Position numbers and translations under genes: made by a program. Below, piece after piece: positions 1 to 13,140 of a DNA stretch of 64,000 nt (positions are counted from its first letter, which is position 1; every line of letters starts with the position of its first letter). Under the pieces are notes generated by a model that had not been told where the DNA came from, did not search any database, and worked only from the letters and a program-made list of their open reading frames with translations. The stretch is from Hemiscyllium ocellatum (taxonomy: Eukaryota). Location of the stretch: the NCBI RefSeq assembly GCF_020745735.1, contig NC_083449.1:8654923-8718922 (forward strand), written 5' to 3'.

Positions 1-381
1 TTCAAAGTGAACCAAGAAAACACCAAAAAAGCTGCCGGGCTGAAATTTGATTTTTGCTGAATCTGATCGAGACCGATAAGGGAGGCCAACTTTAAAATAT
101 CGTCTAAACACCGTGTTCGCCATCGATACTGAGCCGGAAGAATGTGTGCTGCTTTATCAGACTGTAGTGTTTGGCCTGTTTTGTTTCATTTTGAGGTTTA
201 GAAAATAACCCACTCGAGATCAGAAATGGACAGATACAGGTGAGCAAATGAGGGAGAGTAAGACCGTGTGAAGTACACATTTGTACACAAAGTAAATTAA
301 CATGAGCATTAATGTTTTTTAAACTTATTCAGTTTTTTGTACTCTCTTTTAAAGTGTAAAACATTCTGCTTTGTTTGGAGA

Positions 382-575
382 TTGGCGGGCTTTTCAAATT
401 GTAAAAAAAGCGGTTGATGATTTGGCACCGGTACTTCCCGCCCTCCTCCCAGTGCCCTCTCCGGATTGGGGAATGAGGCAGATATCTGATTGGGAATTGA
501 AACAACATTAGGCGGGGCTGAACAATGGGACCAATCAGAAACGGTCGCCTCACCATTCCTCCCGAAGGTATAAGA
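382..575 (+). promoter_or_regulatory. H2A promoter: E2F/CHR-like cassette, inverted CCAAT pair, TATA
   Basis: TTGGCGGGCTTTTCAAA ~383-399; TCTGATTGG ~486 and CCAATCAGA 531; TATAAG 569-574. Confidence 0.75.
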
Positions 576-625
576 GGCCGCAATGTGGGCGGAGTGTAGC
601 AGTCTCTGTGAAACTGGTTGTAACC

Positions 626-1015
626 ATGTCTGGTAGAGGAAAGGGCAGTGGGAAAGGTCGCGCCAAGGCGAAGTCTCGGTCGTCCCGGGCTGGCCTGCAG
701 TTCCCGGTGGGCCGTGTTCACAGGCTCCTGAGAAAGGGTAACTATGCTGAGCGTGTGGGTGCCGGAGCGCCGGTCTATCTGGCTGCGGTGCTGGAGTATC
801 TGACGGCTGAAATCCTGGAGCTGGCCGGCAACGCGGCCCGGGACAACAAGAAGACCCGCATCATCCCCAGGCACCTGCAGCTGGCCGTGCGCAACGACGA
901 GGAGCTCAACAAGCTGCTGGGAGGGGTGACCATCGCTCAGGGCGGGGTGCTGCCTAATATCCAGGCCGTGCTGCTGCCCAAGAAAACCGCCGCTGGGGGC
1001 GCCACTAAAAAGTGA
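626..1015 (+). CDS. H2A: Replication-dependent histone H2A (129 aa)
   Basis: ATG at 626; MSGRGK...[19 protein letters not shown]...VLLPKK histone fold; intronless; followed by stem-loop; no SQ(E/D)Y tail so not H2AX. Confidence 0.98.
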   Translation: MSGRGKGSGKGRAKAKSRSSRAGLQFPVGRVHRLLRKGNYAERVGAGAPVYLAAVLEYLTAEILELAGNAARDNKKTRIIPRHLQLAVRNDEELNKLLGGVTIAQGGVLPNIQAVLLPKKTAAGGATKK

Positions 1016-1045
1016 AGAGAGTATTCTTGAATCTGACAACCCAAA

Positions 1046-1061
1046 GGCTCTTTTAAGAGCC
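1046..1061 (+). terminator. Histone 3' stem-loop (H2A) with downstream purine-rich HDE
   Basis: GGCTCTTTTAAGAGCC preceded by CCAAA; GAAAGGGGCT ~16 nt downstream. Confidence 0.97.
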
Positions 1062-2458
1062 ACTCACAGCATCTGTGAAAGGGGCTCAACTGTCTGTCGG
1101 ATTGATTATTTTCCTCTTAATGGGGAGAGCCCTCGCCTTTGTACCGGATGTCAATGAATTCCACGCTCCATTTAATTAGATACTGTTATTGTCTTATCAG
1201 AGGAAGAATTTGTCATAAAATGCAATTGTATGAGTGTCCTGAACTACAGGATTTCTTATTGAATGGTCACTGCCTGAGTGACCTCTGTCTTCAGTTATAG
1301 AATGGCGGTACGAATGTCCGAGATCGGGTTTGACTTCACGTTACATTCACATCTCCTTTAAGTGCAGTAGGAAGAGCTGGGTTGACCCAATGCACGAACG
1401 GGTCAGTATCTGCAGGATACAGTAAGAAACAGTCCCTGACCCGCTGTGCTTTATTCTCCGCTCGGTCCATATTCCGTCCTTTATCCCCTGCCTCTGGAGA
1501 GACAGAGAGAACAGATTGAACACCAGTGAGGCATTTTCAGCTTTAAAGGCGGGAATGGGGTGAAATGAAATTGTCTGAACTTTAACTTCGTAATCGAAAA
1601 AGTAATCAAGGTGTTCATATATTCTCCTCTGTCAAACTTGCTGCCCTTTTGTACGTGATGGCGGGCATTTTCAACTTTGAAAATAAGCCGTTGGTCTCTT
1701 GGCGCCATTTTATCCCTTTCCCTCCTGCCTCCGCCTCACCACAAACCATGTTATCGCAAAGGGAGTCAATGAGGAGATGGGTTTTTTTTCCAGAAATATC
1801 TAAGCCAATACAAAAATTTGATAAGATAACCTGGATGAAATAAAAAAAGTATTATAGTCTTCGGCCAAGTAATTTGTAATCGCTGCCTGAACGGGCAGAT
1901 GGAAAGAACGCGCCATTAAGACATCCGGCGGCTCCCAGAAACAACAGAGCAGAGTATGATGCCTGGGAAATATGAATACTGCAATATACAACATTAATGT
2001 CTGGGTTCTACAATAAATAAAAAAAAACTATTTGTAGTATGGACAACTAAGTACGCATTGATATTATTACTGAGATAGACAGGTACTCACGAGAAAGAGG
2101 ATCGAATGGCAGAACAGGCTGGATGGGCAGAATGGCCAAATGTTTCTGCATTTTAAAAGTCACGATACTATCCTTCACACGGAATAACCAGATTACAGTA
2201 CAGTCTTGATTCGCCGAATAGTCTATTATCTACGCTGTAGGAATACTTACAATTATGAAATGGTTGGCTACCGTAAACAGCAACAAAGCGCATGCACTGT
2301 GAATGCTCTCTGTACAACATGGCATTAGTACATTTTCGCAAGTCAAACAATTTTAAAATCGCGGTAAGTGTGAAATAATCAGCAACAATATACTATCGTT
2401 TCGCTATGTTGTGCTTTCCCCGCCCTCAGGTCTCCGCTCTCTATCGGATGGTTTGGGT

Positions 2459-2474
2459 GGCTCTGAAAAGAGCC
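2459..2474 (-). terminator. Histone 3' stem-loop of truncated H4
   Basis: GGCTCTTTTCAGAGCC on minus strand. Confidence 0.95.
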
Positions 2475-2506
2475 TTTGGGTTCGCTGGAAAAGGGTCGCT
2501 TTATCC

Positions 2507-3066
<560 letters not shown>

Positions 3067-3099
3067 TTTTCTCCCCAAATCTGACTGCCCCTGAGGAGA

Positions 3100-3460
3100 G
3101 GACCGCATGCGTGAGACCCTCCCCCAACGTTGCCGATCAGGAGTATTTACTCAGAGGTTTGTTTGAAACAGTCCGCAATGGAGAGATCAGCAGGCTCCTT
3201 CCAGCAGCACATCGGGATGGGAGCCTGGGACACAGAGGGGGCTCCGAGACCGGGATTGATTCGGGGTGAGTTCAGGGAGAACCGGGGGCTGTTTGTAAGA
3301 GGCCGAGCGGAGCAGGAACTGGTCCCGGAATTTGGAGAGAGCAGGGGTGGGGGGCTAGAAAGAGGGAGGTCTTTCTCGGGCTGTGTGTGGGCCTGCTGAG
3401 AGAGACAAAGTGGGAAGAAACTGCTCTGGGTCATTCTTGTGGTTTGCAATCCTCTGAACC
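3100..3460 (+). other. Conserved GC-rich block, copy A (putative promoter + first exon)
   Basis: CGCATGCG 3104-3111; donor GGG|GTGAGT 3266; 23-bp internal deletion versus other copies. Confidence 0.6.
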
Positions 3461-4007
3461 CTGTTTTAATTTCATTCTGTTTCCGCTCTTTCTTGAGATT
3501 GTGTGGACCAACTGTAGGAATATGACACTCTTGTACATGGACATACACTGGGGTCTTGGTGAAAACATTAGAAAAAGCGCCGTTTTTCCGATTTCCAACA
3601 GGTAGTTGGGGAGTTGGATATTGAACTGTGTAAGCATCCTGGTGGTTGAGTACTCCCATTCATGGTGCTGGGCAGTTGTTGCTCAGTTTCTGGATCTCAC
3701 TCAATTGATATCAAGTTAAAAATCGCACAACACCAGGTTATAGTCCCAACGGTTTTTTTGGAAGCTCCTGGTGTGTGATGTTTAACATTGTGCACCCCAG
3801 TCCAACACCAGCATCTCCAAATCAATTGGTATCAAATCACTTGAAAATAAACACAATCCCCAGACAAGGAGCAGCTCAGGGCAACAGTGGAATTAGATCC
3901 ATGGTTCTGGTTAAGTTGTTGGCTTTAAAGAAAAAAAAACACACATCCTAATGAATGTGATATTGATCAGTTCAATATTGCCAGAGTAGCCTCATGTTGA
4001 TTTACAG

Positions 4008-4114
4008 GTGCTTTCCTTGTATCTTCCTCCAGAAAAACACTGAAGAGACTAGGACACTGTTATACTTCCTCAGTTCAAAGCAAAGAGTGACCAGCTGCCT
4101 CTAACAAACGGAAG
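4008..4114 (+). other. Putative second exon module (copy A; others at 7674-7779-, 18445-18549-, 28477-28584-, 34799-34906-, 47397-47504+, 54805-54899+)
   Basis: TTGATTTACAG and/or pyrimidine-CCTCCAG acceptor; GTATGT/GTAAGT/GTATGC/GTACGC donor in all copies; shared core CAAGTGTGACCAGCTGCT. Confidence 0.5.
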
Positions 4115-4759
4115 GTATGTAGCCCATTGACATTTACACACCAGTGTTGAAGATAGATAAACTGAATCCTCATCCAAAATAGACATTCAGGAACAGCATT
4201 AAAATCTGCAGTTATTAACAGAATTTTCAAAGTTACAATGAAGATAGACAAATAGGCCACATTGTTGCATTGTTTCAACAACCATCCGTGAAGTTGGGGT
4301 TAAGTACAGAGATGGAGGGAAACTGCTCACTGACAGGGCAAGAGTTACCAAAGAGTCGTCAAGTCGTAGAGATGTATAGCATGGAAACAGACCCTTCGGT
4401 CCAACTTGTCCACGCCGACCAGATATTCTAACCTAATCTAGTCCCATTTGCCAGCACTTCACCAATCTCTCTGTTGATTTTGTTAAATAACAGATTTGAG
4501 ACAGCCCAGGGAATCCCTAGTGGACTCAGACCTATAAGCCTCTCTTGGTTTGTCCTGGAGATAAAAACCTCTTACAAACAGTTTCGTTTAATTTTAGCCG
4601 TCCCCTTTATTTACCAATAGTATCACTGTTCCAACATAACATTGACACCTATAAGCCAGGCTCTAAACCCTAGAAAAGTAGGATACCAGCTCTTCCTTTA
4701 AGAGCCCTCGCAGACGACTCCACTCTTCTGTCTCAAACAGGCTTCCTTTTTACAAAAGG

Positions 4760-5075
4760 AGTGGCACGGTGGCACAGTGGTTAGCACTGCTGCCTCACAG
4801 CGCCTGAGACCCGGGTTCAATTCCCGACTCAGGCGACTGACTGTGTGGAGTTTGCACGTTCTCCCCATGTCTGCGTGGGTTTCCTCCGGGTGCTCCGGTT
4901 TCCTCCCACAGTCCAAAGATGTGAGGGTCAGGTGAATTGGCCGTGCTAAATTGCCCATAGTGTTAGGTAAGGGGTAAATGTAGGGGTATGGGTGGGTTGC
5001 GCTTCGGCGGGTTGGTGTGGACTTGTTGGGCCAAAGGGCCTGTTTCCACACTGTAAGTAATCTAATCCAATCTAA
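4760..5075 (+). mobile_element. HE1-type tRNA-derived SINE (V-SINE core), near full length
   Basis: A box GTGGCACAGTGG, B box GGTTCAATTCC, V-core GTGTGGAGTTTGCACGTTCTCCCC, (TCTAA)n tail. Confidence 0.88.
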
Positions 5076-7308
5076 AAATGTTACAAATAACACTGCATGT
5101 TCTTAATTAGACAGACAGTGGAAAGGCAACAATTCCTAAGGAAGAAAAGTTAATTAACAGGTCTGTGTGCGCTTAACTGATCACTCCTGTAGGCCCTTAG
5201 CCATCCATCAGGTGGGAAAAACACAACCAGCCGAGTCAGTGCCTGTTGGTGAGGTAGGTCCCTGTCATCAGTCTTAACTAAGTGTAACCTTGCACAGCTT
5301 GCATGTCAGATATCAATGTTTTACAAAATGGCATCTTAGTGAGGAGGGCAAACGTTGACCATAAAATGGCTTCCTGACAGATTGTGTCAGAATCTCTTCA
5401 ATGTTAGGTTTAGAATAACAGCAGACTCCTGTTTTTTTTATCTTAAACACAAAATCATTCTGTATCTGAGGCTGAAACGTTAAATTTTAAATGGTTTGTT
5501 AGTCTCATTAAAATTGCTTCCTTTTCAGGGTTGTGATTCAAATTCAAAGAAGACATAAGATCTAATGAGTTAGAATTGATAGTGGGGCAGTCGTGGTGTG
5601 TAGGAACACCAAGTTAAAGCTTCATCAATATTACATTTTTGAGTTTGCATTTCATAATCAGCGATGGCTACTCAAAATCATCATAAAGTTGTAAAATGCA
5701 AATAAATTCAAAACATTCATCACACACACACACACACACGGGTAATAAGAATCCATTATAATTGATAGCACCTGACTGTTTATTACAAGGCTTTTGACAT
5801 GCTTCTGAGATGATACAAAATTTCCGAGATCACAATCAAACACTGTCATTAAATTAATAAGTTAACAACTGTGAATGTTATCACTGTGTCTTTTTTACAT
5901 TGATGTTAAGGCAAATGTTCTTAATTGCTTTAGAGCATCCTGTTATCACTTGGTGAGAACAGATTTTTTTTATCTTCTGCACATCCTAGATTCCCCTTTT
6001 TGTGGCCTGATGCCTCCCTGTCTGTCCTGTTTATTTTCTTGTGTTCTATAATTCAACATTACATTTAGTCTAAGTATTTAAGGACTAATTTTAAGGCTTT
6101 CTCATTATACTCATTCAGATGCCTTTTACATGTTATAATTGTACCAGGCTCCGCCACTTCTCCATGTACCTTATGATTTTATATACTTCTATAAGGTCAG
6201 TCTCCAGGGAAAACAGTTCCAGCCTGTTCAGCCTCTTACTACAGTTCAAATTCTCCACCCGGGATGAAGCATATTTACATGGAGTTTGTGTGTGACTGAG
6301 AAGGACAGAATTAATCCTTGACTGAATAGTTGTCACCTACCGAGATAACAATTAAATAATGTGAATTTCAAACAGACAATCTATACAGGTAGCTCATGTG
6401 CTATACTTGCAACATGTCCTTTCTATAATCCACTAACAATGCAACTTGATAAACGTCTGCCCATTTCTCATCTGCCTGAATGTGATGTTATCCATTTCCT
6501 CCTTAAGACATCATTTTTAAGATAATAACAATTCGGGACACATTTGGATTCGTTTTGTGTATGCCTTTCGATACAATTGCTTTAAATTTTCATATTTTTG
6601 CTGTGACTCAGTTAATTTACCTGAGTTAAAGATGTCTGCTTTGTCATCTCTGTTCCTGGTTTGTCTCAATTATCTGATCAAACAGGGCCTCTGCTAATTT
6701 CCCTTCAACTGTCTTATCTGTACTCTTTGAAATTTCCTGTTTCTACTGGTGACTTTGTGAACTCGTTACTACACAGTCAGGAAACATCCCAGGATATGTG
6801 TCCTGCAATAGTTCAGTTGCCTGAATTTCCATTGACTTTTCATCCACAATTGGCACTCCCACCAGTGAATCAGCAACATAATTGGCTGAAAGTTTGTCCA
6901 GTACTCCTACTATGACTTCTCCCCTCATCACTCGACACTCTAACCTCATTACTTACAATTGAGCATTTCTTATTTCAATACAAATTCCAGTTCTCATACC
7001 TTTTTTTGGCACTAGCCCTTCAGAGGTACATATATCCTCATCTTTTAGCATCACAGATTGAGAGGATTTCATGTTTTATTTCATGTTTCGCGTAGTTCAG
7101 TCCAGTGGCCATGTTGGCAAAAATGAGAAACTGCTCAACAGTCAAGATGTGAGAAATGGGGCAACATATGCTCCATACGATAAGGAGCCGTAGAGTCTGG
7201 AGAATCGGGATGATTGATTACTTTCATATCTTGATTGGGAATTGGGGGTCTGTTTCTTATGATGATGACTTTAAGGGGGAAGGTATCATTTATACTCCAC
7301 TGTGACAC

Positions 7309-7392
7309 TGGGTGGGTTGCGCTTCGGCGGGTCAGTGTGGACTTGTTTGGCCGAAGGGCCTGTTTCCACACTGTAAGTAATCTAATCTAATC
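7309..7392 (+). mobile_element. HE1 SINE 3' fragment
   Basis: Matches 4990-5075 incl. TCTAA tail. Confidence 0.8.
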
Positions 7393-8204
7393 TGATCGGC
7401 ATAGACAAGTTGGACCGAAGGGTCTGTTTCTATGCTCTCTCTCTATGACTCGACGACTCTTCAGTCACTCTTGCCCTGTCAGTGAGCACAGTTTCCTTCC
7501 ATCTCTGTACTTAATCCCTACTTCACTGATGGTTGTTGCATCATTTCAACAATGTGGCCTATTTGTCTATCTTCATTGTAACTTCGAAAATTCTGTTAAT
7601 AACTGCAGATTTTAATGGTATTCCTGAATGAGGATTCAGTTTATCTATCTTCAACACTGGTGTTTAAGCGTACCTTCCGTTTGTTAGAGGCAGCTGGTCA
7701 CTCTTTGCTTTGAACTGAGGAAGTATTACAGTGTCTTAGTCCCTCAGGTATTTTTCTGGAGGAAGATACAAGGGCACCACTTGTAAATCAACATGAGGCT
7801 AGTCTGGCAATATTGAATTGTCACCGTCGTTGCATATTACTTAGAATGTATTTTTTTTTAATTTAAAGCCAACAACTTAACCAGAACCACTGATCTGATT
7901 CCATTGTTGCTCTGAGCTGCTCCTTGTCTGGGGATTGTGTTTGTTTTTCATGTGATTCGATACCAGTTGATGTGGAGATGTTGGTGTGGGACTGGGGTGC
8001 AGAAGGTTACACATCAAATGCTTCCAAAAAAAAACCTGTTGGACTATAACCTGGTGTTGTGCGATTTTTAACTTGATATCAGTTGAGTGATGTCCAGAAA
8101 CTGAGCAACAACTGAATGGGATTACTCAACCACCAGGATGCTTACACAGCTCAATATCCAACTTCCCAGCTACCTGCTGGAAAGAGGGAAAACAGCGCTA
8201 TTTG

Positions 8205-8465
8205 ATTAGATTACATACAGCGTGGATACAGTCCCTTCAACCCAACAAATTCACACGACCCATTGCCCTACAATTCCCCATCACCTAACACTACGGGCAA
8301 TTTAGCATGGCCAATTTGCCTAACTGCACATTTTTTGGACTGTGGGAGAAAATCGGAGCACCCGGAGGAAACCCACGCAGACACAGGGAGAATGTGCAAA
8401 CTCCACACAGACAGTTGCTTGAGGCGGGAATTGAACCCGGGTCTCTGGCAGCAGTGTTAACCACC
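8205..8465 (-). mobile_element. HE1-type SINE
   Basis: Reverse-complement V-core GTGCAAACTCCACAC; absent from mirror arm. Confidence 0.85.
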
Positions 8466-8579
8466 AAGACCCCCCCAGTGTATGTCCTTTTATAAGAGTA
8501 TCACATTCCTACAGTTGGTCTACCCAACCTCAAGAAAAAGCGGGAAACAGCTTGAAATTAAAACAGAGTTCAGAGGATT

Positions 8580-8955
8580 GCAAACCACAAGAATGTCCCA
8601 CAGCAGCTTCCTCCCGCTCTGTCTCCCACAGCAGGCCCACACACAGCCCGAGAAAGGCCTCTCTCTTCCCCCCAGCCCGCTCACTCCAAGTTCCGGGACC
8701 AGTTCCTGCTCCGCTCGGCCTCTTACAAACAGCCCCCGGTTCTCCCTGAACTCACCCCGAATCAATCCCGGTCTCGGAGCCCCCTCTGTGTCCCAGGCTC
8801 CCATCCCGATGCGCTGCTGGAAGGAGCCTGCTGTTCCCTCGCTTCCCTGGGCGCTGATCTCTCCATTGCGGTCTGTTTCAAACAAACCTCTTGCACTCAC
8901 TGAGTAAATGCTCCTCAATGGCAGCGCTGGGGGAGGGTCTCACGCATGCGCTCCT
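8580..8955 (-). other. Conserved GC-rich block, copy B, divergent from H4
   Basis: NRF1-like GCGCATGCGT 8942-8951; donor GTGAGT 8755-8750; ~245 bp upstream of H4 ATG on opposite strand. Confidence 0.65.
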
Positions 8956-9104
8956 CTGGTCAGGAACAGTCAGCTTTGGGGAGAAAAGGTTCAGTCCCAG
9001 ATACAGTTGGGGCTGGAGTGAGCTGGAGGCGGAGCTGGATGAACAAAGCCTGCTCTGTCTGTCACTCAGTTTCCTCTCCGGACCCGCCTCTCACTGTCTG
9101 TCAG

Positions 9105-9140
9105 CTCTTTCTCAGTCAGGTCCGGTCGGGCTGTATAAAA
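9105..9140 (+). promoter_or_regulatory. H4 core promoter: site II (HiNF-P-type GGTCCG) and TATA
   Basis: CTTTCTCAGTCAGGTCCG (GGTCCG 9119-9124); TATAAAA 9134-9140. Confidence 0.8.
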
Positions 9141-9187
9141 ACGGAAGGGGAGGCAGCTCGGCTCTCATTCAGCAGCGATTGGAGTGA

Positions 9188-9508
<321 letters not shown>

Positions 9509-9540
9509 GGATAAAGCGACCCTTTTCCAGCGAACCCAAA

Positions 9541-9556
9541 GGCTCTTTTCAGAGCC
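9541..9556 (+). terminator. Histone 3' stem-loop (H4)
   Basis: GGCTCTTTTCAGAGCC-ACCCA; AGAGAG HDE ~9573. Confidence 0.97.
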
Positions 9557-11101
9557 ACCCAAACCCTCCGATAGAGAGCGGAGACCTGAGGACGGGGAAG
9601 GTAATACAGAATGTGGGGATTGTTACTGTAGCCGGTTATTAAAATGTACTAATACCGTGTTCTGCGGTACGGCAGAGAGCATTCGGAGTGGACGGTTCAC
9701 TTTGTTGCCGTTTACCGTGGCGAATGATTTTAAAATTGCAAGTATTCCCATAGTGTTGGCTATTCGGCCAATCGCGACCCTACTGTTGTGCAACCTGGTT
9801 ATTCCATGTAAAGAATCACATCGTAACTTGTAAGATGTAGCAGCAGTATTAGGCCATTCTGGCCATCCAGCTTGTTCTGCCATTTCTGGCTGATCTTTCT
9901 CAAACTTCCCGTACCCTTTGACCCTCCTTTTTTGGTGAATACCTGTTCATCTCAGGAATTATATCAATGTGTACTTGGCTGTCCATGCCATGAAAAATAA
10001 TTTGATTTGATCTTTTGTGGAACCCAGAATATGTCACATTTTACAGTATTTATATTTCCCAGACTCTGGGAGCCTGTGGATGTGTTATGTGGCGCGTTCT
10101 TATCATCTGCCGGTTCAAGCAGCGATTACAAATTGTCTTCGGACAAGTAATAAAGTGTGGTTCTGTAATTTTATCGGTGTACACTGTTTTAGCTTTTAAG
10201 ATGTTTCAATCGGCGGTTTTTCGATTGATTCACGGCGGGTGCAGGTTGCTTATCCAGAGAGAGAGCAGGAAGCGATAGGGGACATTAGGACTGTATTTAG
10301 ATCGGAAGTTAGGTAAAAACAAAAACGGAAGGCAGCAGCAGTGAGTTTGCAACTGACGAGATCTTCATTCAGGGATTGCGGAAATATAGTAATTAGAAGA
10401 GTGATGTTCACATCAAATTTTGGTATTGGGTTAGATATTTCAGGACAAAACCCCATCATCTCATTGACTCCCTTTGTGATAACATGGTGAGGTGGAGGCA
10501 GGAGGGAAAGGGAAAAAATGGCGCCAAGAGATCAACAGCTCATTTTCAAATTTGAAAATGCCCGCCATCACGTATAAAAGAGCAGGAGGTTATACAGAGG
10601 AGAATGGATGTAGACGTTTTTCGATTATGAAACTAAACTTCACACAATTTCACTTTAACCATATCTCCCATTTACAGCTGAAAAATGACTGCTGTTGAAC
10701 ACGCTCTCTCTCCAGAGGCTGGCGAAAATAAGAGTGGGTATGAAACAAGAATAAATTGCAGAGGTGTATGGTGCAAAGACAGTAGGAGGATTCAGTTGAT
10801 TGATGCAGTTAAAGGAAATGTGAAACCAAACTCAATCGGGAATACCCGTGACGCTATTCTAAACTCATAGAAAATTGATCAAACATAAAAATCACCCAGG
10901 CAGTGACCATGCAATGAGAAATAATGTCATTCCAGACACTCTTAGAATACGATTGTATGATATAATCTTCCTCTGCTCCCACAGTATCCAATAAAAAGGA
11001 AATATAAATTTAGCGATGTCAGGTACAACGGCCAGGGCTCTACACGTTAAAAGTAATTCAACGCGCCAGAGAGCTCAACTCCTTTCACAGATGCTGTGAG
11101 T

Positions 11102-11117
11102 GGCTCTTAAAAGAGCC
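11102..11117 (-). terminator. Histone 3' stem-loop (H2A)
   Basis: GGCTCTTTTAAGAGCC on minus strand; GAAAGGAG HDE. Confidence 0.97.
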
Positions 11118-11147
11118 TTTGGGTTGTCAGATCCAAGAATAGTCTCT

Positions 11148-11537
11148 TCACTTTTTAGCAGATCCAACAGCGGCCGATTTCTTAGGCAGCAGCACGGCCT
11201 GGATATTAGGCAGCACTCCGCCCTGAGCGATGGTCACCCCTCCCAGCAGCTTGTTGAGCTCCTCGTCGTTGCGCACGGCCAGCTGCAGGTGCCTGGGGAT
11301 GATGCGGGTCTTCTTGTTGTCCCGGGCCGCGTTGCCGGCCAGCTCCAGGATTTCAGCCGTCAGATACTCCAGCACCGCAGCCAGATAGACCGGCGCTCCG
11401 GCACCCACACGCTCAGCATAGTTGCCTTTTCTCAGGAGCCTGTGAACACGGCCCACCGGGAACTGCAGGCCAGCTCGGGACGACCGAGACTTCGCCTTGG
11501 CGCGACCTTTCCCACCGCCCTTTCCTCTTCCAGACAT
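11148..11537 (-). CDS. H2A: Histone H2A (129 aa)
   Basis: ATG at 11537; same fold as 626-1015, C-tail [11 protein letters not shown]. Confidence 0.98.
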   Translation of the reverse strand: MSGRGKGGGKGRAKAKSRSSRAGLQFPVGRVHRLLRKGNYAERVGAGAPVYLAAVLEYLTAEILELAGNAARDNKKTRIIPRHLQLAVRNDEELNKLLGGVTIAQGGVLPNIQAVLLPKKSAAVGSAKK

Positions 11538-12519
11538 TGCCACAAGCACTTTCACAGAGAATGCTACACTCCGCCCACACTGCGGTCTCTTATACCTTCG
11601 GGAGGAATGATGGGGTGGCCATTTCCGATTGGTCAGCATCTCCTAATGTTGTTCCAATCCCGAATCAAATCTGCTTCATTCCCCAATCCGGAGAGGAGGG
11701 CGGAAACGACAGGCGCCAAATCATCAACCGCTTTCTTTCCAATTTGAAAATCCCGCCAAATTCCAAACAAAGGAGTATGTTTTACCTGAAAAATGAAGTA
11801 CAAAAAACTGAGGAAGTTTAAAAAAACATGAAATATGCATGAAAGTTTACTTTTAGTTTACAAATGTGTACTTCACACGGTCTTACTCTCCCTGATTTGC
11901 CCATTTCTGATCACGAGAGTGGGTTATTTTCTAAATGTTGAGAAGCTGAAACTAAACAGGCCAAACAATGCAGTCTGCAACATGTCCTTTCTTTGCACAT
12001 TTTAATTCCACCCCGATATGCTCATAAACCAGCACATAAACAATCTTCCGGCTCAGCATCGAGAGCGAACACGTTTTTAAGACGATATTTTAAAGCTATC
12101 CTTCATCGCCCTCGATCACATTCAGCAAAAGCCCCACGTTTCGGTCCGGTACGTGTGTTGGTGTTCTCTCGGTTCGCTTTGAAAGTCTCTCACCCACAAC
12201 AAGCAGCTTTATTTTGCATTGCGAAAAAACGGATCTCACCCGCGCATTGGAAATGTAAAGTAAATCAGAAGGTAAAACGCATTAATCGTGGGACGGAGAC
12301 GTGGGCATTTGTTTGCCAGGAGTGAACAAGCAAGATGGAAAATGACTCACTGGCGCCTGATCTGCTCTCTCTCCAACACTCCCGAATAACTTGCAAAGCA
12401 CTTATTAAACACAAAAATACGTAGCACAGTAAGTTAAAATGCCTTATCAAGAATCACATGCAAACTAAAACAAACAACCCTTAAAGAAACGGTTCAGCTA
12501 CGTCAGGGAAGTTGTGGGT

Positions 12520-12535
12520 GGCTCTTATAAGAGCC
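12520..12535 (-). terminator. Histone 3' stem-loop (H2B), loop UAUA
   Basis: GGCTCTTATAAGAGCC flanked by CCAAA / ACCCA. Confidence 0.93.
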
Positions 12536-12576
12536 TTTGGGTTGTGGATGTATATGTCTCAGAGCAATGGGGTCCT

Positions 12577-12957
12577 TCACTTGGAGCTGGTGTACTTGGT
12601 CACCGCCTTCGTGCCCTCCGACACGGCGTGCTTGGCCAGTTCCCCGGGCAGCAGCAGCCGCACGGCGGTCTGGATCTCCCGGGAGCTGATGGTGCTGCGC
12701 TTGTTGTAATGGGCCAGGCGGGAAGCCTCCCCCGCGATACGCTCGAAAATATCGTTAACGAACGAGTTCATGATGCTCATGGCCTTGGAGGAGATGCCGG
12801 TGTCGGGGTGAACCTGCTTCATCACTTTGTAGATGTAGATGGAGTAACTTTCTTTCCTGGTCCGCTTCCTCTTTCTGCCGCCCTTCGCTGGCGCCTTCTT
12901 GATGATTTTCTTCGCGCCCTTCTTGGATGCTTGCTGTGCTTTCTTCTCATCAGCCAT
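12577..12957 (-). CDS. H2B: Histone H2B (126 aa) with atypical N-tail
   Basis: ATG at 12957; MADEKK...[27 protein letters not shown]...[10 protein letters not shown]. Confidence 0.97.
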   Translation of the reverse strand: MADEKKAQQASKKGAKKIIKKAPAKGGRKRKRTRKESYSIYIYKVMKQVHPDTGISSKAMSIMNSFVNDIFERIAGEASRLAHYNKRSTISSREIQTAVRLLLPGELAKHAVSEGTKAVTKYTSSK

Positions 12958-13007
12958 AGCGCCGCTCACTTTCAGACACAGAATAAGGGAAAGCGGGCTC
13001 GGAGCTG

Positions 13008-13140
13008 CTCTTTATAGACTGACGACGTCATCAATGCTAATGAGGGATGGGAGAAAGCCTGTTTCCTGATTGGGTAGTTTACACAGAATCATTCCCCCAC
13101 ATTGAGTCTCTCTGATTGGTTAAGGTGGGATCCAATAAAG
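13008..13140 (-). promoter_or_regulatory. H2B promoter: TATA, octamer-like element, CCAAT boxes
   Basis: TATAAAAG ~13016; ATTAGCAT (ATGCTAAT at 13034-13041, one mismatch to octamer); CCAAT at ~13070 and ~13116. Confidence 0.72.

Noticed and set aside
329-1063. Long antisense ORFs over histone genes (329-1063, 9116-9562, 11100-11747, 12514-13017, 21446-21946, 40030-40539, 41520-42140)
   Set aside because: Shadow frames caused by GC3-rich histone codon usage; most use non-ATG starts
4760-4835. tRNA gene
   Set aside because: A/B boxes belong to the tRNA-derived head of HE1 SINEs
8482-8918. 113-170 aa ORFs on both strands of the GC block as real proteins
   Set aside because: Starts, ends and frames differ between copies; they read through the conserved splice donor; GC-rich sequence has few stops
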